Assembly: GCA_036679605.1 (NCBI GenBank)
Contig: JAZDCZ010000231.1
Coordinates: 1 to 23,809 of the forward strand
Reading direction: 5' to 3'
Source: Gemmatimonadota bacterium
Lineage (GTDB): Bacteria > Gemmatimonadota > Gemmatimonadetes > Gemmatimonadales > GWC2-71-9
Length of the DNA: 23,809 nucleotides
Position numbers and translations under genes: made by a program. Below, piece after piece: positions 16,420 to 23,809 of the stretch. The notes beneath the pieces are model-generated. The model ran no database searches. It was not told the DNA's origin and worked only from the letters and a program-made list of their open reading frames with translations. Each line of letters opens with the position of its first letter. Position 1 is the stretch's first letter.

Positions 16420-18840
16420 CTAGTAGAACGCGACGATCGTCGCGACTAGCGTGGCGAATGTCACGAACGGCCAGTACAACCGGTCGAGTGTGAGGTTGTC
16501 TCGGTAGTAGGACCAGCCTACGCGGACGCCGAAGATCATCGAGATCACCCTCAACGCTACGAACAGGATGGCGGCATACATGATCGCATAGAAGAATTCA
16601 AGATAAATGATCTCTGAGGCGTTCAGGGAGGATCTGAGGCTGTTGTGGCCAAGGATCAGAATGAACATCAGGGCGCTCATGAACGAAAGCGACACTATGC
16701 CGGTCGAGGGCGGGAAGTCCTCCGGCCGCAGCCGGGTGTGTGTGATGACAAGCAGGAGCAAGAATACGAGAACCGACACGGCGATCACCGGCAACATGCG
16801 GGAAACGAACGGATCGAACGAGTCGCGCTCCAGCAGGATGTTGAAGAACAGTTCTGGCTCTTCCTGCCTCACGGCCGACCCGGGCAGTCCGAGACCTGTC
16901 GTATAGCGGTTTGGTTCGTATCCAAAGAAGCTACGTTCGACGCTCCATCCTTGTATGTTGACCCGGTCACCGATTCCCGGTCTCGCCACCGGCGCGATCA
17001 CCGGGTACGCAGGAACGTCCGGTATCAGGATCACCGGCCGGTCGATCTCGACCGTAGACAGCCGGATCGACACTTCCCCACGGTCGAACGGGTACCGTCC
17101 AACGTCTGAGGGGCCTCGCAACGTCGTCCGGAATGACCAGCCGATGACCCGATCGCTGCCGTTCTGCACGTCGTAGCGTTCGACGAACTCCGTCGTACCA
17201 ATGTCCTCCGAGAGAATCAGCCCGGGAGTGATCGGTAAGGGATCGGTCGCTATCGGATTGAAGAAACGCTGCCAGGCGATCCCGCCGATGACCAGATCAC
17301 CCCGGTCGCCTTCTTCGATGAAGTCAATGGAGACGCCAGCCAGTATCTCGACCAGTGGTTCCTTACGCGTATCGAAGACGGTTGCCTGAGCAACTTTAGA
17401 CCGATAGTCACCGACGATCTCCGTGAGTCCTTGTCCGTCACCGCCCAGTCCGACTTCCACGGCCGGCGTTGTTCTCGCCAGCGCCCAGATATACGCAGTG
17501 CCCAGGACACACAGCAATGCGAACGTCCCAACAACACTCCAGGAAAGCCACGCTACGCCTCTGAGCATGCGAAGAATCAGCGTGATGAGCGCAAAGAACG
17601 CGAGAAGAACGGCAAGGCCGAGCCAGATCAGGACGTGCTGGGCCGTCGAGTCGCGGCCCAGCGCCTCGCTCTTGATGATGACCGACGCTAGCGTCAGGTC
17701 CCACGGCGCGCCATCCGCCGGTACGCCTGCCCCGACGGGCTCGAAGAAGATCCACGCATCCCGGCCGGTCACTTCGTCTTTGTAGCCGACGAACCCACCC
17801 TCGGCGCGCTGATCGAAGACTTCTTCAATGGCGTCCTCGTTTCCGCTCTCCTCTGCGATCTCCCAGATCGTCCTCTGTGGCTGGAGCGAGCGGACCGCTC
17901 GGAGCTGAGGATCATCGTAGTACTCCTGCAGTGGGTGAGTAACGTACGACCCGTCTCCAGAGAAGACAAAGCCGTAGCCACGCCCACCGAGGTTCAGCCA
18001 GCTCACGCTCTGGCGAACCTGGTCGAGCGTGAAGTTAACGAACACGGCGCCGATCGGACGGCCTTCGTGATCCATGTGGGGAGGATCGCCACCGGGGCAC
18101 CCGACCTCCGGCGCCGACGCCACCGCCTCGACGTACGAAGGGTAGGCCGCCTGGGCCTCCGGCGAGGCGAAGACTGGCGCAACGTACTCAAGAACCATCT
18201 GCTGGCTGGTCGTGCCAAAATACGGCTGGTTCAACTGCGCGCCCTCGTCACGCGGGACCTGATACCAAAGGCCTCGTACCCGACCGCCAGAGATGAGAAG
18301 ACACGGGTCTGAGTAGTCATAGGAAACAGGTGTGTACTTCTGTCTGCCATCAGGTCGCGTGTAGTACGGGCAGAACAGCGCGGCCTCAGGTTCGTCAACG
18401 GGCCGCTCGAAGCAGACGCCAACGCCCCAGAACCCGGGGTTGTCTGCGTGATCCGCGAAGAGCCGGTTCCGAACCGCCTGACGATCAATCGGATAAGGGT
18501 CCTCGTCCATTCCGGCCGTCAGGTCGTTAGCCAGCGACGTGGCGACGTCCACCAGACCTTGAATCTGGCCCTCCATGAACCCGGCGGCGTCCTCCGCGTC
18601 GGCTTGCCCGTCCGCGCGTGCCGCATCGCGCCTGTCTTCCCAGTGCGTCAGGAGCGAGACGGAAAGGAGGATAGCTGCGGTCGCAGAGCCGACGAACAGA
18701 AGCGAGAGGAAGATCTTCGACAAAGGGAAGCGCGTGGACGCTTCGATGAGACTGAGGTGGGACAATCGCTCCAACCACGAATCATGGTGATGGGACGTGT
18801 CACCTGGCCTTTCCCCTTTTGGCGATTCTGGCGTACCCAT
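16420..18840 (-). CDS. dCache-domain-fused prokaryotic pentameric ligand-gated ion channel (Pro-loop)
   Basis: TM, then dCache (WYQVP...QPYFG; GYGFVFSGDGSYVTHP), two TMs, a beta-rich ECD with RYPFDR and IQGWSV, the pre-M1 LLERD...RMLP, and four C-terminal TMs. Confidence 0.8.
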   Translation of the reverse strand: MGTPESPKGERPGDTSHHHDSWLERLSHLSLIEASTRFPLSKIFLSLLFVGSATAAILLSVSLLTHWEDRRDAARADGQADAEDAAGFMEGQIQGLVDVATSLANDLTAGMDEDPYPIDRQAVRNRLFADHADNPGFWGVGVCFERPVDEPEAALFCPYYTRPDGRQKYTPVSYDYSDPCLLISGGRVRGLWYQVPRDEGAQLNQPYFGTTSQQMVLEYVAPVFASPEAQAAYPSYVEAVASAPEVGCPGGDPPHMDHEGRPIGAVFVNFTLDQVRQSVSWLNLGGRGYGFVFSGDGSYVTHPLQEYYDDPQLRAVRSLQPQRTIWEIAEESGNEDAIEEVFDQRAEGGFVGYKDEVTGRDAWIFFEPVGAGVPADGAPWDLTLASVIIKSEALGRDSTAQHVLIWLGLAVLLAFFALITLILRMLRGVAWLSWSVVGTFALLCVLGTAYIWALARTTPAVEVGLGGDGQGLTEIVGDYRSKVAQATVFDTRKEPLVEILAGVSIDFIEEGDRGDLVIGGIAWQRFFNPIATDPLPITPGLILSEDIGTTEFVERYDVQNGSDRVIGWSFRTTLRGPSDVGRYPFDRGEVSIRLSTVEIDRPVILIPDVPAYPVIAPVARPGIGDRVNIQGWSVERSFFGYEPNRYTTGLGLPGSAVRQEEPELFFNILLERDSFDPFVSRMLPVIAVSVLVFLLLLVITHTRLRPEDFPPSTGIVSLSFMSALMFILILGHNSLRSSLNASEIIYLEFFYAIMYAAILFVALRVISMIFGVRVGWSYYRDNLTLDRLYWPFVTFATLVATIVAFY

Positions 18841-18851
18841 TTATGTGCGCC

Positions 18852-19352
18852 TTAGACTCCGGTCTCGCGTAGCAACTCCGTCGCTTGCCTTATGCCACCG
18901 ATGATGTCCGGGTCGCGAGTGAGCGTGAGGGCCTCTTCCCAATCCGCCATCGCCCGGTCGGTCTCTCCCAGTTCCGCGTAGGCAAAGCCTCGCTGGGCGA
19001 GCGCTTCGGCATGGTCCGGGCGCATCGCGATGACGCTGTCGAGTTGCCTGATCGCCCCCGCCCAGTCGCCACGATCACCCAGCTGCAGAGCCACCCGCAG
19101 CACGGGATCGCTGTGGGCGGCAGCCTTGGCCGCGGCAGGCTTCTCATCCTCGACTCTCCGCGACGCTCGCCAGAGGACGAAGCCGCCAAAGCCGAGGAGC
19201 ATCACGATAAACGGCGCCATCTGAGGGCCAGTGCCTTTGCCAATGTTCAGCAGCAACATGGCAACAACCAGGAGCGCCACCGCGACGAACCCCAGGCCAA
19301 TCGCGATCTGCGCCCTGACGGAATATTTGTCTGTCCACCCAAACGGTTCCAT
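18852..19352 (-). CDS. Membrane-anchored TPR protein
   Basis: Two N-terminal TMs, then TPR pattern GDWAGAIRQLDSVIAMRPDHAEALAQRGFAYAELGETDRAMADWEEAL. RBS GGGAGGGAG. Ends 11 nt before the channel gene start. Confidence 0.8.
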   Translation of the reverse strand: MEPFGWTDKYSVRAQIAIGLGFVAVALLVVAMLLLNIGKGTGPQMAPFIVMLLGFGGFVLWRASRRVEDEKPAAAKAAAHSDPVLRVALQLGDRGDWAGAIRQLDSVIAMRPDHAEALAQRGFAYAELGETDRAMADWEEALTLTRDPDIIGGIRQATELLRETGV

Positions 19353-19459
19353 GCCAGACTCCCTCCCGCGACTGCCGCAGACGACAGTGATCTCGTTTCA
19401 CCCATAATCCTCGCGGCGCCTGTGGGCGGCATCCGTGAGATCACGTAATGGCCGGCCTC

Positions 19460-21232
19460 CTACACGATGAGCCCCTCCCGTTGGGCGCGAGCGCTGGCCT
19501 CGGCTCTGTTGGCGGCATTCATCTTCTGCAGGATGTGGGTTATGTGTGTCTGGACTGTCCGATGACTGATGCCCAGCACGGAGGCGATGTTCTTGTCGGA
19601 TCGGCCCTCAGCGGCGAGGTGAAGGACGGTCAGTTCGCGAAAGCTCAGGCCGTAGGCCGCATCCGTAGTGACGCTCTGTTCGATTCTTGTCTCAAGCTCA
19701 TCGCGAAGGTGCTCGAGCTCTTCCTTCATGCGCCGGCGAGCCGTCACGTTGGTGCTGATCATGATCGCTGCTTCGACCTTGTGGCCGTCAACGATGGGGC
19801 CGATGCGGTTGTCCCAGCACGTGTACCGTCCGTCCGGCGACCTGAACAGCACTTCGCATGACTCTGACTGGCCCGAGGCGAAGACTCGATCCAGCCGCGA
19901 TCGCATGTCTTCGGCGTCATTGGGCCCAAGGTGGTCATAGATCGCCGTACCGATCACGGCCTCCGCATCCACTCCCCACAGACTTCTACTCACGAATGAG
20001 ACACGTCCGTCGCCATCGACGGTCGTGATTGTGCCCGGCGCTTGCTGGCCGACGGATCGCCAGCGTGCCTCTGATTTCACGAGGGCGTCCTGCGCCGTCC
20101 TTCTCTCCGTGATATCACGAATGATCGCCAGCACTTCGTCGTTCTCGATGGGGGCGATCCTCGACTCGAAGCTCTCAGTCCCTCGTTCGGTAGCGAGCTG
20201 GTATTCGTGTTGCTGCAGTTCACCCGTCTGGATCGCCAGACCAATCTTCTTCTCAACCTGATCCGCAACCTCCTCGGGCAGAACATCCCGCGCGGTTCGG
20301 CCGATGAACTCGGCTGGCGGAACGATCGGGTCGATCTGAGTCGCCGGCAGGAAATCCAAGAATGTCGCGTCCGCGCTCATCCGGAACACCATATCCGGGG
20401 TGGCGGCCAGGAGGGCTCCGACGGTCGACTGGCTCTCTTCAAGTGCGGCCTCAGCGTGCCTCAGTCGGGTGATGTCACGAATGTAAAGGGCCACCCGGGC
20501 GACAATTCCGCTATCGTCGAGAACCGGATAGATCCTCGTGATGAACCATCCGTCGGCGGTTCTTTCCTCAATTCGCTCGGGTTCAGCTGAGGCCTCTACC
20601 CACCGGACGGCGGCTTTTCGGCTGCGCGCCGTTTCGGGTGGCATCAGATCGTAGATGGAACGGCCCAGAAGATCGCCCGCTTCGCCGGGGAGTCGCTCAA
20701 CGGCTGTCGAATTTAGCGCCACAATCGTGCCGTCGAGTTCCATCAAGATTGCGGAGCCAATAGGGACATTGAGGAGCGCGCGCGACGTCTCAAGTGAGGT
20801 TCGCAGGGCTTCCTCAGTGCGCTTCCTCTCATTGATGTCGACGATCATCGCAAGCCCGTATGGCGGGCTCGAGCCGTCGCTGCTGACGAACGTGATTAGC
20901 AGCGACGCCCAGACGGTGGCGCCGCTCTTCGTCAGCAATCTTTTATCTGCGCGATAGTAGGACCCGTCGGCCTGCAACGCCTGTTGCGCCATTCCAGCCT
21001 CGTCTTCGACGTCTTCCGGGTGTGTGACATCGGCGAACGAACGACCGCGCAGCTCATCCTCGCGATAGCCGAGCAGGTTGCAGAATGCCGGGTTGACGTC
21101 GGCTAAGCGAAGGTCAGCACCAATGACAACGACGCCCAGCGGGCCGTCTTCGAACACCTTCCGGAAGCGTTCAGCCGCGTACTCCAGGCCTCGGACATCG
21201 GGCTCCTGGCCTGATGCGACATCGTCTGGCAC
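19460..21232 (-). CDS. PAS-PAS-PAS-PAS-LuxR transcriptional regulator
   Basis: Four PAS blocks ending DINERK, DITRLR, DITERR and NVTARR, then LuxR HTH LSFRELTVLHLAAEGRSDKNIASVLGISHRTVQTHITHILQKM. Start set to GTG 21232 (GGGGGTGG upstream); the ORF is open to 21394. Confidence 0.9.
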   Translation of the reverse strand: MPDDVASGQEPDVRGLEYAAERFRKVFEDGPLGVVVIGADLRLADVNPAFCNLLGYREDELRGRSFADVTHPEDVEDEAGMAQQALQADGSYYRADKRLLTKSGATVWASLLITFVSSDGSSPPYGLAMIVDINERKRTEEALRTSLETSRALLNVPIGSAILMELDGTIVALNSTAVERLPGEAGDLLGRSIYDLMPPETARSRKAAVRWVEASAEPERIEERTADGWFITRIYPVLDDSGIVARVALYIRDITRLRHAEAALEESQSTVGALLAATPDMVFRMSADATFLDFLPATQIDPIVPPAEFIGRTARDVLPEEVADQVEKKIGLAIQTGELQQHEYQLATERGTESFESRIAPIENDEVLAIIRDITERRTAQDALVKSEARWRSVGQQAPGTITTVDGDGRVSFVSRSLWGVDAEAVIGTAIYDHLGPNDAEDMRSRLDRVFASGQSESCEVLFRSPDGRYTCWDNRIGPIVDGHKVEAAIMISTNVTARRRMKEELEHLRDELETRIEQSVTTDAAYGLSFRELTVLHLAAEGRSDKNIASVLGISHRTVQTHITHILQKMNAANRAEASARAQREGLIV

Positions 21233-21362
21233 GAGCTTCCACCCCCCAATTCTCCCGGCCGGCGCTATCTTGTCGCCTGTGCGCCCGGCGGGTATGCCGG
21301 ATTGTACAGGAAGAAAAGGAATCGTCAAGGAGACGAACACCTGGATGACCCCGAAGTTGAGC

Positions 21363-21384
21363 CAGTGTTCAGTGTTCAGTGTTC
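21363..21384 (+). repeat. Tandem heptamer (CAGTGTT)x3
   Basis: CAGTGTTCAGTGTTCAGTGTTC read directly, about 130 nt upstream of the proposed PAS-LuxR start. Confidence 0.6.
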
Positions 21385-21565
21385 TCGGCGGCATTGCAAG
21401 CCCGGTCGGCGCACACCACGGATGGGCCGATAGCGCGACGTTGGGCAGCGGCGAAGGAGACGGGTCCGCAGGGTGCGGGATGCGTGGACGTCTCCCCCGC
21501 CACCGCCCGTTCAGGGGGTAGTCAGTGTGCCAACCCGCCAGCCTGGGTACGCTCCTTCCAGCCCA

Positions 21566-21913
21566 CTACGGGCAGGTGTAGTACCCGTAGCCCTGGGGGC
21601 CGTTCTGGAAACCTTCCTGGCATGCGCCGATGGTGTCGCCTACAGCTACCAGGGCGACAACGCCGATGATGAAGATGACCAGGCTAATCCAGACACCTCG
21701 CCAGCCGTAGTATCGCGCCCAGTACACAATCCACAATCCGAGGATGCTGGCCAAAAAGAAGCCAAGGATGTACCGACCCGCACCGGCCTTGTCGCCAGCG
21801 AAGTCAGCCGGCTCTTTCGGATCAAAGGGGACTTCCGGCCTGTCCTTCACCGCCTGCTCGATCGCTTCCAGGCGTTCGTTTATAGTTCTTTCGCCAGTCG
21901 ATTCTGAAGACAT
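21566..21913 (-). CDS. Small hypothetical membrane protein (2 TM)
   Basis: Strong RBS AAAGGAGGAG before the ATG and two hydrophobic helices (YILGFFLASILGLWIVYW; VWISLVIFIIGVVALVAV). Confidence 0.7.
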   Translation of the reverse strand: MSSESTGERTINERLEAIEQAVKDRPEVPFDPKEPADFAGDKAGAGRYILGFFLASILGLWIVYWARYYGWRGVWISLVIFIIGVVALVAVGDTIGACQEGFQNGPQGYGYYTCP

Positions 21914-22295
21914 CTGTCTCCTCCTTTCCAGTGAGAGTGATGATCGCTGGCACGAGTGTTAGTAGCCGTCTCTCTGCGCACTCCCCTCCCTTCGTGTGGT
22001 CCCTGGGGCCGGACGAGCGGTCCCGGCAAGAGATACAGCCAGCGGCCAAACGCCGCGAGCGCTCGTCCCGGCCCCGAAGGAACGCTGTTGGCGCCCCTTC
22101 GCGACGCGGCCGGCCTGGACTCATGAGGCGGTGGCGTTCTGGCCCCGGGAGAAGAAGACCGGGGGGTGCGGATGCTTCTGGTCCTCCCTCCAGAGGCCTT
22201 CTGGCTGAGCGGGGCGCCTGTCGCGATCATGGTGCGGTGGTCGCGTCTGACGCATCCGTAGGAGCACTTATCGCGCCGGCGTTCGGCGGAAATCC

Positions 22296-22721
22296 ATCGA
22301 GCGAGTCCTGACGGAGATGCTACCGACGGAGAAGGCCAATGAGGTAAAGCAGCTTCAGAAGGAATGAAAGCTAGTGGGGATGGTGGGTGACGGGATCAAC
22401 GACGACCCGGCCCTGGCTCAGGCGGACGCAGGGCTCACCATCGGATCAGGGACAGACGTGGCGATGGAGGCGGCGGACATCACGCCTGGCAGCGGAGACC
22501 CGATCGGATCGTGACTGCCCCGCACCGCCGCCGGGCCACCATGCGCAACATCCGCCAGAATCTGTTACTCGACTTCGCCTACAACCGGCATTCCGGTTGC
22601 GGCGGGTATCTTGAACCCCATCATCGGTGTCCTGATGAACACAGCCATCGCTGCCGTGGCCATGGCCGCGATCTCACTGTCGGTGCTCAGCAACTCGCTG
22701 AGTCTCACCCGCTTTCGGTAG
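22296..22721 (+). pseudogene. copA: Cu(I)-type P1B ATPase C-terminal fragment, disrupted
   Basis: [43 protein letters not shown]...[13 protein letters not shown] with an in-frame TGA at 22365-22367. Frameshifts then lead to ATMRNIRQNL..FAYN and IAAVAMAAISLSVLSNSL. The 5' part of the gene is absent. Confidence 0.85.
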
Positions 22722-23157
22722 AAGAGTATCCAGCCGCTTCCCAGGCGATCATGCCGCCGTCGAGATTCCAGACGTTGGTATACCCCAAACTCACAAGAGA
22801 CTCAGCGGCCGCTGCGCTCATGCTCCCGCTTCGGCAGTAGATGAGGATCTGTGCGTCAGGATCCGAAGGGAGTTCACCCAGGCGCTCGGCGATCTGATCG
22901 AAGGGGATGAAAAGGTCGGTCCCCTCGATTTCGCCGGCGTATGGGATGTGTACGTTCACCAGTGGGAAGTCCCCGGCGTCGAGCATGGACAGCAGCTCTT
23001 CGGGCGTAACGTTCGTGTACGAGCCGCCGCCAATGTCCACCTTCGTGCCAAGCGCTGGCTCAAGGCTCGTATCGTCCGACGGCGAGTCGGAGCCACAGGC
23101 GGCAGCTGTCAGCAGCACCAGTGTTGCCAGTATCCCCAGGATTAGCCCTTTCGCCAT
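22705..23157 (-). CDS. Rhodanese-domain lipoprotein
   Basis: Signal with lipobox-like AAAC, active-site loop YCRSGSMS, and LGYTNVWNLDGGMIAW. Start 23157 or 23166. Confidence 0.88.
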   Translation of the reverse strand: MAKGLILGILATLVLLTAAACGSDSPSDDTSLEPALGTKVDIGGGSYTNVTPEELLSMLDAGDFPLVNVHIPYAGEIEGTDLFIPFDQIAERLGELPSDPDAQILIYCRSGSMSAAAAESLVSLGYTNVWNLDGGMIAWEAAGYSSTESG

Positions 23158-23315
23158 CGTCAGCATCTTACAGCAATACTCCCTACTAGTACCAGCTTGC
23201 TTAGCACCTGCCTAACCCGCCGACCTCTCGCCGCCCGTTGCATCGTGGGGTCCCAAACAGGCCGAATGGCTCTGTCCGGGCAGGCCATACTCCGGGGCAG
23301 TATGCTCTGCGAAGC

Positions 23316-23536
23316 GTGGCTTTCGATGTCCAGCGCTGCCCGATCGCCGAGTACTTTGCGGCAGCCGGTCTTCCAGAACTGTGTGTCGACACATGGTGCA
23401 ACCAGGACTACGCCCTCGCCGAGCTGTGGGGAGGCGGTTCCAGCGGAGCGGAACTCTCGTCGGCGGCGCCGATCGCTGTGACACGCGCTGGAGACCAGCC
23501 CGGAACGGAGCTGAGCGCGGGGTTAGCGCCCGGTAG
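23316..23536 (+). pseudogene. ATC-hydrolase-family (L-2-amino-thiazoline-4-carboxylate hydrolase-like) C-terminal fragment, frameshifted
   Basis: VAFDVQRCPIAEYFAAAGLPELCVDTWCNQDYALAELWG, then a frameshift near 23430-23436 into RFQRSGTLVGGADRCD. This matches the family's CP...C..D...TL..G...CD pattern. No recognisable N-terminal half. Confidence 0.65.
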
Positions 23537-23636
23537 GTGGAGCGTCTGAGAGCAGTCACGAAGACACCCCGGACGGCCCGGATGAGATGTAGTCGTGGCG
23601 GAGGAGCCAGGAGCACTCGGGGGTGCTTCTCGATGA

Positions 23637-23809
23637 CTATCCGCGGTCGGTGCCAGGCGGTGGCCTGTCCTGTTGGACGTCCCGCGCGGATCCGTCATTG
23701 CGAACGGTAACCGCCACGCGTGTCCCTTCGCCGGGGCTCGATTGCAGATCAAACGAGCCGCCGATCAGTTCGCACCGCTCTTTCATGCCAACCAGGCCAA
23801 GCTTTCCAG
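23637..23809 (-). CDS. NarX/UhpB-type sensor histidine kinase, C-terminal end (runs off the right edge)
   Basis: Manual translation GKLGLVGMKERCELIGGSFDLQSSPGEGTRVAVTV...* is the G2 box of HisKA_3-class HATPase domains. Confidence 0.85.
   Translation of the reverse strand, partial: GKLGLVGMKERCELIGGSFDLQSSPGEGTRVAVTVRNDGSARDVQQDRPPPGTDRG

Noticed and set aside
21931..22295. Several overlapping short ORFs and GC-rich inverted segments
   Set aside because: Low-complexity Arg/Pro/Ala translations typical of non-coding GC-rich DNA. No RNA family recognised.
22365..22367. In-frame TGA in the CopA fragment as selenocysteine or recoding
   Set aside because: It sits at a position normally Gly (GGA to TGA), and accompanying frameshifts and 5' truncation indicate simple decay.

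Overview
GC-rich bacterial accessory region; a Chloroflexota- or Actinomycetota-like host is only a guess from protein style. (1) 1-4301, defence cluster: the 5' end of a type III restriction (Res)-like gene on the minus strand diverges from a coupled OLD-family ATPase/TOPRIM nuclease and UvrD helicase pair (Gabija/class 2 OLD architecture). (2) About 4570-5030, integration scar: the 3' half of a tRNA-Lys(UUU), short direct repeats on both sides, and the C-terminal remnant of a tyrosine recombinase. (3) 5347-9045, uncharacterised four-gene operon: SAM-binding methyltransferase-like protein, SPL-like radical SAM enzyme, ParB/Srx-domain protein and a small wHTH-like protein. (4) 9589-16322: two degenerate response regulators, an 11-bp-period operator-like array, and a SipW-type signal peptidase locus with four Cys-rich secreted proteins sharing an 'LWSKnLvvegxV' N-terminus. 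This is a probable TasA/CalY-like fibre system with interchangeable C-terminal modules. (5) 16420-23809, mostly minus-strand sensory genes: a dCache-fused pentameric ligand-gated ion channel, a TPR membrane protein, a 4xPAS-LuxR regulator, a small membrane protein, a rhodanese lipoprotein and a partial histidine kinase, with decayed CopA and ATC-hydrolase-like fragments. All calls come from motif recognition by eye; no database searches were run.
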